Source: Candidatus Parcubacteria bacterium (GTDB lineage Bacteria > Patescibacteriota > Minisyncoccia > Minisyncoccales > JAGLUP01). From it: 64,000 nt of DNA. Location of the stretch: positions 15,906-79,905 of the forward strand of contig JAGLUP010000002.1 in the NCBI GenBank assembly GCA_023134715.1, in the 5' to 3' direction. Of the stretch, positions 54,467-63,728 are shown in pieces (the first letter of the stretch is position 1; every line of letters begins with the position of its first letter). A model generated the notes under the pieces. The model worked only from the letters and a program-made list of their open reading frames with translations, had not been told where the DNA came from and ran no database searches. Position numbers and translations under genes: made by a program.

Positions 54467-55957
54467 CATTAAAGGATAATTCAATTTTTTAGGCCTGTCC
54501 TCGCCCTTTTGCTTTTTTCCGGCCCGGGCTTGATTATTGAATTTTAAGAGTATTTTCCATGCTTTGAGGGGAGTGAACAATATCTCCCGCTCTCGCAAAA
54601 GAGGGTTCGAGCCAATCTTTTTTAGGAAATTTTTCTTTTCTGAAAAATTTCCTCGCAAAGCAATAATTTGGGCTTGTTTTGCCTCTAAAATGAATTTTTT
54701 GGCGGGTTTGAGCCAATGATTATCCTTTTGCTCAAAATTAGTTAATTTCTGTTCATTCTCAATTTTCTGATTGAGAATTTTTTCTTTTTTAGCGAGGTAT
54801 TCATCTTTAGAAATTATACCTTCAAGATGAGCGTCTAAAAGTTTGTCTAATCTATTCTGACAATTCTCAATTTCATTTTTTAAATTTTGAGCAAAAGAGA
54901 ATTTGGCTTGGGCATTTTCTTTTTCATCTGTATCAAGATTTTCAATCATTTCATCCGCCCAAGCCGAATTTAAAGAAACTTTTTGAATGATGTTTGAAAT
55001 CTGCTCGGCCAAAAGTTCCTCGCGGATATATTTTTGAGAACAGGGGACACGCTTTTTTGTGCATCGGTAGTAGTTATGTCCTTTCTGCGTCTCAGAAGTA
55101 ATAGAACAGCCGCATTCAGCGCATTTTAGCAATCCGCGAAAAGCGTATTCCTTTTGGCCTCGTTTGGTCTTGCGGGCTTTGGTTTTCATCACTTCTTGGC
55201 ATTTGTCAAAAAGTTTCTTTGAAATCATTGGCTTATGGCTTCCTTGATAAAGCTCGTTATTGAAGATAAACGCGCCATAATAAAATGGCCTAGATAAAAT
55301 AGCTTGAATATTACTGACGCTTAATATTTTGTTGTTTCGGCTCAACAAGCCCAAATCAGTTATTTTATTTCTTAAATCTTTCAGAGAATAATTTTCTGTT
55401 GAATAAAGTTCAAAAAGTTTTTTGACGAGGTGAAATCTTTTAGGGTCTTTAACTATTTTATGATTGACCTTATCGTTTATGTAACCAGTAGGGGCAACGC
55501 CGGGTAATTCGCCTCGTCTTACTTTTTGACGCAAACCTCTTTTTACATTCTCTGAAAGATTGTCAATATAGTATTTTGATTGCCCAAAAGCAATGTTCAG
55601 CATAAACTTGCCCTGCGGAGTAGGATTAAACCAGAAAGTAGGGAATTTTAGCTTTTTAATTTTTTCAGTATCAACCAAATAGATTATTCGTCCGCCGTCT
55701 ATTGAATTTCTCGCTAATCTGTCAGGGTGCCAAGCTAAAATTCCCGACGCTTTATTTTGTTCAATAAGCGAGAGCATTTCATTAAAAACAGGCCTGCCAG
55801 GATCTTTGGCTGTTTTGCATTCAATGAATGTCTGGATAATATCTAAACGCTCTCGCTTTGCAAATTCTTTCAGTTCCGTTATTTGGGCTTCAATGGAAAG
55901 AATTTGCCTGTCAGGTTCATCTGTTGATTTTCTCGCGTAGAGAAAGAATTTGTTCAT
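54455..55957 (-). CDS. Large serine recombinase/integrase
   Basis: N-terminal resolvase domain YARKSTDEPDRQILSIEAQ, recombinase domain, Zn ribbon CAECGC..YYRC and a coiled coil. The last codons run into the tRNA-Gln 3' end. Confidence 0.9.
   Translation of the reverse strand: MNKFFLYARKSTDEPDRQILSIEAQITELKEFAKRERLDIIQTFIECKTAKDPGRPVFNEMLSLIEQNKASGILAWHPDRLARNSIDGGRIIYLVDTEKIKKLKFPTFWFNPTPQGKFMLNIAFGQSKYYIDNLSENVKRGLRQKVRRGELPGVAPTGYINDKVNHKIVKDPKRFHLVKKLFELYSTENYSLKDLRNKITDLGLLSRNNKILSVSNIQAILSRPFYYGAFIFNNELYQGSHKPMISKKLFDKCQEVMKTKARKTKRGQKEYAFRGLLKCAECGCSITSETQKGHNYYRCTKKRVPCSQKYIREELLAEQISNIIQKVSLNSAWADEMIENLDTDEKENAQAKFSFAQNLKNEIENCQNRLDKLLDAHLEGIISKDEYLAKKEKILNQKIENEQKLTNFEQKDNHWLKPAKKFILEAKQAQIIALRGNFSEKKNFLKKIGSNPLLREREILFTPLKAWKILLKFNNQARAGKKQKGEDRPKKLNYPLMLRD
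54464..54623. repeat. Inverted repeat arm (P' arm); reverse complement of 56011-56178
   Basis: ~160 bp, one 9-nt indel and a few mismatches. It encodes the recombinase C-terminus on the minus strand. Confidence 0.85.
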
Positions 55958-56010
55958 AATTGCTTTTGGGCGAATTAATTTATTGCTTTGCGTTTCTGCC
56001 CAAAGGGCAG

Positions 56011-56416
56011 AAAAAAGATTGGCTCAAACCCTCTTTTGCGAGAGTGGGGGATATTGTTCACCTTTTCTTTCCCCTCAAAGCATGGAAAATACTCTTAAAA
56101 TTCAATAATCAAGCCCGGGCCGGAAAAAAGCAAAAGGGCGAGGACAGGCCTAAAAAATTGAATTATCCTTTAATGCTGGGATTTTTGAATGAAATCCGAA
56201 CTTTTTTTCGCGAAAATCCGGACGCGGATTTTTGAATCCCGACCCAACGTTTCCGCCCGCCTCCGCTTCGCTCCGGCGGGAAACAAAACAGAAAAATTTT
56301 CCACATTTCATTTTCTCGCCAGCAATTTTTTAATTTTTAATTTAATGAAAAGAAAATTTTTTCTGTTTTGTGTTTCTACCCCAAACCCTGCTTCGCAGGG
56401 CAGGCGGGCAAAAATT
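56011..56416. repeat. Internal inverted copy of the complete attP-like region (rc of P' arm, GCTG core, X arm)
   Basis: 56011-56178 is the reverse complement of 54464-54623. 56175-56416 is the reverse complement of 63718-63960, with only scattered mismatches. Confidence 0.85.
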
Positions 56417-56485
56417 CCTTCCTCCAAATATCTTTTCTTTTTGCCCGCCCGCTTTTTTGATATGGGGAAAAAATAAGTCCTATAT

Positions 56486-56538
56486 GCTAACTATAGTATG
56501 TAGCAATAAAAATATCAAGTGGGTATACTATAGTTAGC
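56486..56538 (+). promoter_or_regulatory. C-box-like operator upstream of the controller gene
   Basis: Perfect inverted repeat GCTAACTATAGTAT (56486-56499) / ATACTATAGTTAGC (56525-56538), ending 2 nt before the ATG. Confidence 0.5.
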
Positions 56539-56540
56539 TT

Positions 56541-56759
56541 ATGAAAAAGAAGATTTTACTAAAATTCGGCGAAAAAGTTAGAGATGAAAGAATAAGACAA
56601 AATCTTTCACAGGAGAAGCTTGCTGAAAAAGCAGGTGTTCATCGTACTTATATTGGCATGATTGAAAGAGCTGAAAAAAATATAACATTAGAAAATATAG
56701 AAAAAGTCGCAAAGGCTCTTGGTTTAAAATTGTCAGATTTTTTTAGTGACTTTCAATAA
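56541..56759 (+). CDS. XRE-family HTH controller (C) protein of the R-M system
   Basis: 72 aa, LSQEKLAEKAGVHRTYIGMIERAEKNITLENIEKVAKAL. It sits immediately upstream of the endonuclease gene. Confidence 0.8.
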   Translation: MKKKILLKFGEKVRDERIRQNLSQEKLAEKAGVHRTYIGMIERAEKNITLENIEKVAKALGLKLSDFFSDFQ

Positions 56760-56763
56760 AATT

Positions 56764-57594
56764 ATGCCAAACCAGTTCAATAAATTTTTAATAGAATTCT
56801 CCAAAAGCTTTAAAGAAAAGGATCCTGTAATCCATAGCGTTATGGCTAATATTTTTTCTATGAGAATTATCGGGAATAAAACACATGGCGACCTTGCTGA
56901 AATTGCCTTAACAGAATATATCAACGAATTCGTTGGTGATTATTCAGCAAAGCATACAGGAAAAGAAACATTTCGAGCAAAGGTGAATGAAGAAGATATA
57001 AGAGTGACAAATAAAAACACAAACGAGGAAATGCCGATAAGCATAAAGACTTATGGATTTGGTCCTCTACAATTGTCTACAAATAAGGACACTTCTATGT
57101 TTAGATATTTAACAGAGATTGTTGGAAAAAAACAAGTCATTGATTCCAATAAAATTCGCAAGATACTTAGCAATCCATGCTTTATTGATTTTAATGATGT
57201 CAATGTTCTGCCTTTAATTTACAATGAAACAGAAATGACTTTCAAGGTGATCATATTTGATGTCAAAAAAGCGTATAAATCGGTTAGAAAAATAAAATTT
57301 TTCCCACCTAGAAAATTTGGGGAGAATAGGGAAACACATCCTATTTATAAATTCTTTGATAAAGATGACAACTATATTTTTGAAGTAAGATATGGTGATA
57401 CGAAAGCTAATGCGTTGCAACGGGGAATGTGGACTCACACTGAAAATGCCAGACCATTTTTCAAAAAGATTCTGAAAGGTTCATATCAAATTAACGAACC
57501 TTTACTTAAATTAATTTCAAAGACACTTGTTTGTCGGAAGAATAAACATGAAAAGATTCTAGAAAAATTTTTTCCTGCACATGGTATAGAATAG
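56764..57594 (+). CDS. Putative type II restriction endonuclease
   Basis: The call rests on position between the C protein and the methyltransferase, plus a PD-(D/E)xK-like EEDIRV..PISIKTYG. Specificity is unknown. The start is set to ATG 56764. Confidence 0.55.
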   Translation: MPNQFNKFLIEFSKSFKEKDPVIHSVMANIFSMRIIGNKTHGDLAEIALTEYINEFVGDYSAKHTGKETFRAKVNEEDIRVTNKNTNEEMPISIKTYGFGPLQLSTNKDTSMFRYLTEIVGKKQVIDSNKIRKILSNPCFIDFNDVNVLPLIYNETEMTFKVIIFDVKKAYKSVRKIKFFPPRKFGENRETHPIYKFFDKDDNYIFEVRYGDTKANALQRGMWTHTENARPFFKKILKGSYQINEPLLKLISKTLVCRKNKHEKILEKFFPAHGIE

Positions 57595-57647
57595 ATGTAA
57601 AATATTTGTTATAATACCATTAGATTACTAATCTAGTGGTATTTTTT

Positions 57648-58838
57648 ATGGAAACACAGGGAATAAAATATACTGGCTCTAAAAGGAAAATACTTCCTAT
57701 TCTATTAGAATTGGTGCGGCCGTTAAATATCCGAACTGTCTTAGATGGTTTTTCCGGGACTACAAGGGTGGCACAAGCATTTAAGAAAAGTGGGCATACC
57801 GTTTATACTAATGATGTAGCTGTGTGGTCTAAAATATTTGGAGAGTGTTATTTGCTAAATAAAAAACCAGCGAGTTATTATCAACCAATAGTAGACCATT
57901 TGAATAAAATTCCCGGGAAGTATGGTTGGTTTTCAGAATCTTATGGCGGAAGGCCAAATAGTGGTAGTGCCGTTGAAAAAGATGGCAAAAAGAGAATGTG
58001 GCAGTTACATAACACTAAAAAATTGGATGCAATCAGAGACGAAATAGACAATATCGCAAAAAATAAAATAGAGCGTTCAGTTTTATTAACCAGTCTTATT
58101 CTAGCGATGGATAAAGTGGATAGTTCAGTTGGTCATCAGGTTTCGTATCTAAGGAGGTGGGCTCCAAGGGCTTACAATACAATGAAGATGGAAGTTCCTC
58201 GTTTGATTATAGATAATAACAAGCATAAAGTTTATCAAAAAGATATTTTTGATTTAGTGGGGGATATTGAAGTTGATTTGGCTTATTATGATCCTCCTTA
58301 TGGCTCCTCTAATGAGCTTATGCCTCCTTCAAGAGTGCGTTATGCTTCTTATTATCATATTTGGCAAAGTATATGTCTAAATGATAAGCCAAAGTTAGTA
58401 GGCGTAGCCAATAGGCGTGAGGATGTAGGAGACACAGTGTCGGGTTCCATTTTTGAGGAATACAAGAAAAATTTAGACGGACAATATATTGTTATAGAGG
58501 CAATAAAAAAGTTAATAGAAAATACTAATGCGAAGTATATTGTTTTATCATATAACAATAATGGACGGGCTACTTTTGGAGCTATCTTAGATGTTCTGAA
58601 AAAACTAAGAATGAAATGCTCAATATTGGAAATGGATTATAAAAAAAATGTAATGGCGACTATGGCTTGGACTAATGAGTGGCTCAATAATACAAATGGC
58701 AAGGATAGTAGAAACAAGGAATATTTGTTTTTGATTCAGAAAGCAAAAACAAATATAATAAATTCTAATTTTGAAATAAAAAAAATTAATACATTAGAAT
58801 TAGCGGCTGTTCATCAACGAGAGTTGGGTTTTAAGTAA
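57648..58838 (+). CDS. DNA methyltransferase, Dam-like N6-adenine class (DPPY)
   Basis: KYTGSKRKILPILLE, VLDGFSGTTRVA (motif I) and AYYDPPYG (motif IV). The start is set to ATG 57648. Confidence 0.8.
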   Translation: METQGIKYTGSKRKILPILLELVRPLNIRTVLDGFSGTTRVAQAFKKSGHTVYTNDVAVWSKIFGECYLLNKKPASYYQPIVDHLNKIPGKYGWFSESYGGRPNSGSAVEKDGKKRMWQLHNTKKLDAIRDEIDNIAKNKIERSVLLTSLILAMDKVDSSVGHQVSYLRRWAPRAYNTMKMEVPRLIIDNNKHKVYQKDIFDLVGDIEVDLAYYDPPYGSSNELMPPSRVRYASYYHIWQSICLNDKPKLVGVANRREDVGDTVSGSIFEEYKKNLDGQYIVIEAIKKLIENTNAKYIVLSYNNNGRATFGAILDVLKKLRMKCSILEMDYKKNVMATMAWTNEWLNNTNGKDSRNKEYLFLIQKAKTNIINSNFEIKKINTLELAAVHQRELGFK

Positions 58839-59029
58839 GGAATTTATTTAATAAATTTTTTATATAAAATAGAATGAAAAGTTTTTAGGACTTGAGAACA
58901 TAACATAGGAAAAGGAATAGATGAGATTATGAGAAAGATAAGATGATTATGAAAATAAAAAAATTAACAATTAGCAATTTTCGGGCATAAAAAATCTTTT
59001 GGATTTTCGGGCATAAAATCGTATAAAAA

Positions 59030-60592
59030 ATGACACAAGATGATTTTGTTTTTAATGAATACAAGCCACTAAGAAATCATCTAAGCAAATTGTCGCTTGA
59101 TGATTCTTTTTTCGTCATCTGGTCATATATTCAACATTTACAATTCAATAATCTAATATCTAAAGAAATAGAAGTGATTTTAGAGTTTTTGAATAACGAT
59201 TACATGCAGAAAATAAGAATGTGTTCTGAGTGGGAATTAGAAACTCTAGCAAGAGAAATAATCATTAATGGACGAGAAAGCTCTTTCAACGATCAAACTC
59301 TTAAAAAATATGGCTATTTTGCTGGCGCTGTTAATAAACTAAAAAATTTAGAAAATAATATTGGTGGCGCCTATATAAACAAAGACAATATTCTTGTTGA
59401 ATTATTTCGAATATCACATCGTCAATTTCCTTGGCAAACAAGACCAAATAGTGAATTTTTAACTCGCTATTACAAAATTTTTAATACCCCAAAATTAGAT
59501 GAAATTTTACAAAAATCCCTTGGATTAACAGCAAAAAATTTGTATCTCGTAGGAATGATATTTATAGGTGCCTATTTAAAACATCCTGCTGTTAATTTAC
59601 CAATTAAGATAGAGGTTAGGGGAATAAATCAGGAAAATATTGAAAAGTTTTTGAAAGTATTCTCTATCTCAATCAGTGAACTAAAAGAAAAGATAAAAAA
59701 TGAACAAGAATTTAATAATAAATTTGTTTATTCTTTTTCGTCGTTAAGAGCTTTCCCGATTATTAAAATGATTTATTTCGGTCAAGAACGTTTAGTTTGT
59801 CCATTGCCAACTTTGTTATTTTGGCGTATAGCCAGTGGTGTCTATTATGAAATTTGTAATGAAAAAAATTTTGATAACTATTTCGGCATATCTTTCCAAA
59901 ATTATGCTGGTGAAGTTATCGAGAAAGCTACGGCAACTAATGAAAAAATTAATTTTCAGGCAGAAGAACAATACTTTGTCGGAAAAGATAGAAAAGACAG
60001 TGTTGATTGGATTATTTACAATAATGACTCTGCTTTATTCGTAGAATGCAAAACCAAAAGATTAAGATTGCCGGCAAAGCTTAAGCTTAATGATGGCTCT
60101 TATGTTAATGAGGAATTAGAAAAAATGGCAAGTTTTGTTTTGCAAATCTACAAAACAATAAAAGATTATAAGGACAACAAATATCCTTCATTCAAATTTG
60201 ATAAAAATAAAAAGGTATTTCCTTTAGTATTAACCCTTGAGCAATGGTATTTATTTGGTAATCGATTTTTTAATGAATTAGACAAAATATTGATTGAAAA
60301 ACTAAAACAAGAAAAGATTGACCCTTTATATTTAGAACAAATGCCTTATTCAATTTGTTCAGTTGATGAGTTTGAAAATATGATCCAAATAATACAAAAA
60401 ACGGGGATTTCAGATTTTATGCAGAAAAAGGTTTTCGACGATGATAAAAAGAAATGGGCATTTCAACCTTTTATGAGTAGCATATTTGCAGAATATTATA
60501 AAAATACTAAATTCTTATTTAAGGAAGACTATCAAAATATTTTTAATTCCATTTTAAAAAATAATTCTGAACCCACCCACCACCCTTATTAA
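59030..60592 (+). CDS. Hypothetical 520-aa protein with PD-(D/E)xK-like motif
   Basis: SVDWIIYNNDSALFVECKTKR fits D..ExK of the restriction-endonuclease fold. Nothing else was recognised. Confidence 0.5.
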   Translation: MTQDDFVFNEYKPLRNHLSKLSLDDSFFVIWSYIQHLQFNNLISKEIEVILEFLNNDYMQKIRMCSEWELETLAREIIINGRESSFNDQTLKKYGYFAGAVNKLKNLENNIGGAYINKDNILVELFRISHRQFPWQTRPNSEFLTRYYKIFNTPKLDEILQKSLGLTAKNLYLVGMIFIGAYLKHPAVNLPIKIEVRGINQENIEKFLKVFSISISELKEKIKNEQEFNNKFVYSFSSLRAFPIIKMIYFGQERLVCPLPTLLFWRIASGVYYEICNEKNFDNYFGISFQNYAGEVIEKATATNEKINFQAEEQYFVGKDRKDSVDWIIYNNDSALFVECKTKRLRLPAKLKLNDGSYVNEELEKMASFVLQIYKTIKDYKDNKYPSFKFDKNKKVFPLVLTLEQWYLFGNRFFNELDKILIEKLKQEKIDPLYLEQMPYSICSVDEFENMIQIIQKTGISDFMQKKVFDDDKKKWAFQPFMSSIFAEYYKNTKFLFKEDYQNIFNSILKNNSEPTHHPY

Positions 60593-60685
60593 TTTTAAAA
60601 TCCCGCTGAAAAAATCAGCTGGAAAATTATCAAAGTTTGGAAACATGATTTGAAAAATTATAAACTAAACAAATTGAAATAAATT

Positions 60686-61510
60686 ATGACTAAAAACGAG
60701 AAAGATTATTCAAAAGAAGGAAGCGCTCCGAAAATAATACGGGGTGCTTTACAAGTTGTTGGTGGTACGGTTCCTTTTGCGGGCGGTTTATTTTCGGCGG
60801 CAGCGGGAGCGTGGTCGGAAAATGAACAAGAGCGAGTAAATAAGTTTTTTCGACACTGGATAAAAATGCTTGAGGACGAAATTCGCGAAAAAGAAAGAAC
60901 TATTCTTGAAATAATGGCTCGGCTTGATGTTCACGACGAGGAAATTGCGAAAAGATTAGAAAGTAAAGAATATCAATCACTTTTGAAAAAAACATTTCGA
61001 GAATGGTCTGGCGCAGAGAGCGAGGAAAAAAGAATGTATATCAGAAATATCCTTGCGAATGCCGCCGCCTCAAATATAACAAGTGATGATGTTGTGAGAT
61101 TGTTTATTGATTGGCTCAAAAATTATTCGGAAATGCATTTTCATGTTATCGCAGCCGTTTATAATTCAAACGGAATAAGCAGAGGTGCGATATGGAAAAA
61201 AATCGATAAAGAGCCGGTGCGTGAAGATTCGCCAGAGGCCGGACTTTATAGATTACTTATTCGTGATTTAAATATTGGCGGGATTATTCGTCAACATAGA
61301 GAAAAAGATGCTCACGGAAATTTTTACGGCAAAACTCCGCAAAGAAGAACTACATCGCGGCGCACTGGCCCAAAAAAAATGGAGTCGGCGTTTGATGAAG
61401 AAAATTTGTATGAACTTTCAGAACTTGGTCAGCAATTTGTCCACTATGCAATGACTGATTTACCACTTAAAATTGAATATAATCCTCAGGAAGAGGCAGG
61501 TCAGGAATAA
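60686..61510 (+). CDS. Hypothetical 274-aa protein
   Basis: Long ORF, visibly more GC-rich than its neighbours, with a Gly/Ala-rich N-terminal segment. No motif recognised. Confidence 0.5.
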   Translation: MTKNEKDYSKEGSAPKIIRGALQVVGGTVPFAGGLFSAAAGAWSENEQERVNKFFRHWIKMLEDEIREKERTILEIMARLDVHDEEIAKRLESKEYQSLLKKTFREWSGAESEEKRMYIRNILANAAASNITSDDVVRLFIDWLKNYSEMHFHVIAAVYNSNGISRGAIWKKIDKEPVREDSPEAGLYRLLIRDLNIGGIIRQHREKDAHGNFYGKTPQRRTTSRRTGPKKMESAFDEENLYELSELGQQFVHYAMTDLPLKIEYNPQEEAGQE

Positions 61511-61636
61511 GCCCACCGAAAAAAAATCAAGTGAAGCACGAAAGCGGGACTAGCGTTTCTGCTTTCCTGCGATAGCCCCAGTAGCAAAGCGAAGCTTGCT
61601 ATAGGGCGAGCAGGAAAGCGGAAACGCTTTCGCGGA

Positions 61637-61692
61637 CGGGCAAAAATTGGGACGGATTTTTGTCCGCCTGTTTTTTTGACGAGTCGAAAAAA
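61637..61692. repeat. W repeat (inverted partner at 63673-63728)
   Basis: GGGCAAAAATTGGGACGGATTTTTGTCCGCCTGTTTTTTTGACGAGTCGAAAAA. Confidence 0.8.
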
Positions 61693-61731
61693 AATTTGAA
61701 AATTATGATTTTTGTGTTATCATTATAAGCA

Positions 61732-62769
61732 ATGAATATCCAAAAAGGATTTATCCAAATTCCAATTTTAATTCTTATTGTTGTCGGAATAATAGTTATA
61801 GGCGGAGCTATCTATTTTGGTATAAATCAATATCAAAACTATCAAGCTCAAAATCTTGAAAAAGAAAAACAAGCTCAAGATTTAATTTTGGCACAACAAA
61901 AAGCAATAGAGAAAACTATTCAAGAAATTGAAGAATTAAGGACAGAAAGTCAAGAAAAAAAACAAGAAGAAGATTCAGAAATGGATAAGATGAAAGAGGA
62001 AATGGAAAGTTTGAAAGAACAACAAGCAGAAACCGCTAAAAAACAAGAAGAGATTCCTCAAAAAGAAGAAGAAACAAAGCAAGATGAATCTATAATTACC
62101 GCTTCCGAAATAAACCCTTATTTAACGGGGGTGGGAGAAATATATTGTGCTGGAAGTAGTCCAGCGAGAGGAAGTGTATCTCTCTGGCATTTTAGTAATG
62201 AATTGGGATATACCGTATTAACGAATAAACATGTTATTACTACAAATAATTGTGATTTAGTTGTTTCTGATACTGCTGAGGATACAGAACATAGCGGTGT
62301 TTATAATTTAGGGATAGAAATATATAATTGGAACAATAAAACAGATGTTGCTGTTTTAAAGATAGAATCTTTGGGGCTTGATATTTCTGTACCTATTTCA
62401 AGTTTAAATTATAAAATATCATCCTTGTCAAAATGTTCTTCAATAATGGCTATTGGTTCTCCTGTTATGGTGGTAGGATTTCCAGCTTTTGCAGAAGCTG
62501 AAAATGAGTATGGTTTGCAAACATTCTTGACAATGACAAATGGAATAATAAGCGCACAAGATATATCAGTAAAATGGGGAGAAGGGAAATTACCTTATTC
62601 CAATTATTTTGTTTCAGCGAAAATTGACAGCGGAAATTCTGGCGGCATTGCTTTTTCTAAGGATGAAAATGGATTATGTGTATTGGGCGTTCCAACATGG
62701 CTTAGTATAGGTCATTATGAAACACAAGGAATAATACAAAATATCCATAATGTAATGTACCAGCAATAA
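61732..62769 (+). CDS. Membrane-anchored trypsin-like serine protease with coiled-coil linker
   Basis: N-terminal TM helix and a Glu/Lys/Gln-rich coil. The catalytic triad context is TNKHV (His), TDVAVLKI (Asp) and DSGNSGG (Ser). Confidence 0.7.
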   Translation: MNIQKGFIQIPILILIVVGIIVIGGAIYFGINQYQNYQAQNLEKEKQAQDLILAQQKAIEKTIQEIEELRTESQEKKQEEDSEMDKMKEEMESLKEQQAETAKKQEEIPQKEEETKQDESIITASEINPYLTGVGEIYCAGSSPARGSVSLWHFSNELGYTVLTNKHVITTNNCDLVVSDTAEDTEHSGVYNLGIEIYNWNNKTDVAVLKIESLGLDISVPISSLNYKISSLSKCSSIMAIGSPVMVVGFPAFAEAENEYGLQTFLTMTNGIISAQDISVKWGEGKLPYSNYFVSAKIDSGNSGGIAFSKDENGLCVLGVPTWLSIGHYETQGIIQNIHNVMYQQ

Positions 62770-62934
62770 AAATTTATAAAAGAAAGAAAGAAATAAATTT
62801 CAGAAGCAATAATTGGATTTTTATTTTTGAAATTTTAATTACTTTCAAGTAGAAAAAGTAATAAAAGTAGGATTAGGATTAGGTCTATTGAAAAAGTTCG
62901 TCGTTGATTGATTTTTTTGATTTAAACCAAAGAT

Positions 62935-63672
62935 ATGGAAACAATTGATAAACAAAATTTAATGACAGGGGCAGGAAAAAACCTTGAGAATAAAATCATT
63001 AGATCATTTAAAAAACATAATCTTCAATGTATAAAACTGGACAAAGTGAAAAGTGGAAAAAGACCAGACTGCTATGTTTATACGAATAATGATAGTAAGC
63101 AAGGATTTATTTGTGAAATAAAATCTATTATTAGCGGAGGAAGCATAGAGAATGGCAAGTATTTACTTAGCACAAAAGATCCTGAATTTAGGAAATCCAT
63201 TCGCCTTAATCCTAAGCTTCGTGATCACGATAAAGTTGAAAATGTATTGAAAAGGAAATTAAAGGACGTATTAAATTATGCAATTCAACAATATAATAGT
63301 CTTATTGTAGATGAATCGAAATATAAGCAGCATCCTTTCGTCGTGGTAATTTGTGAAGATTTTTTTGCTGAGATTCTTCATTCGTGTAACTTCGGTGAGA
63401 TCTTTAAGAACGGAAAAGAAATTAGCGCTATAATAAAGCTCGTAAAAAATTATGAAAAAGAACAAATTAACAAAAGACACCTAAAAGAACTCAATGATTA
63501 TTATCATTATCATTGGAAAGATAGAAATTACGAAAAACCAGGAAAAAAGTGGAATGAAGATTATGGGGGAATTCCTGACACAGTACGATTTAAGATTTGG
63601 CTAAATGATAACGCAAGGATAAAATTTAAGGCCAATAAATTTTTCAGAAATCCAATCATAATTCATTCTTGA
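62935..63672 (+). CDS. Hypothetical 245-aa protein with PD-(D/E)xK-like motif
   Basis: KRPDCYVYTNNDSKQGFICEIKS fits PD..ExK. Confidence 0.5.
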   Translation: METIDKQNLMTGAGKNLENKIIRSFKKHNLQCIKLDKVKSGKRPDCYVYTNNDSKQGFICEIKSIISGGSIENGKYLLSTKDPEFRKSIRLNPKLRDHDKVENVLKRKLKDVLNYAIQQYNSLIVDESKYKQHPFVVVICEDFFAEILHSCNFGEIFKNGKEISAIIKLVKNYEKEQINKRHLKELNDYYHYHWKDRNYEKPGKKWNEDYGGIPDTVRFKIWLNDNARIKFKANKFFRNPIIIHS

Positions 63673-63728
63673 ATTTTTCGACTCGTCAAAAAAAACAGGC
63701 GGACAAAAATCCGTCCCAATTTTTGCCC
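63673..63728. repeat. W' repeat (reverse complement of 61637-61692)
   Basis: Begins immediately after the stop codon of 62935-63672 and runs into the X' arm. Confidence 0.8.

Noticed and set aside
55960-56235. 91-aa ORF upstream of the recombinase gene.
   Set aside because: This is not an independent gene. It is the inverted duplicate of the recombinase 3' end (PLKAWKILLKFNNQARAGKKQKGEDRPKKLNYPLML) continuing into the X arm. It is relevant only as the alternative C-terminus if the segment inverts.
56189-56476. Paralogous ORFs 56189-56476 (+) and 63601-63945 (-), both beginning MKSELFFAKIRTRIF.
   Set aside because: They are conserved only because they lie in the X/X' inverted repeat. The sequence is dominated by hairpins and A/T runs, and the ORFs diverge where the repeat ends.
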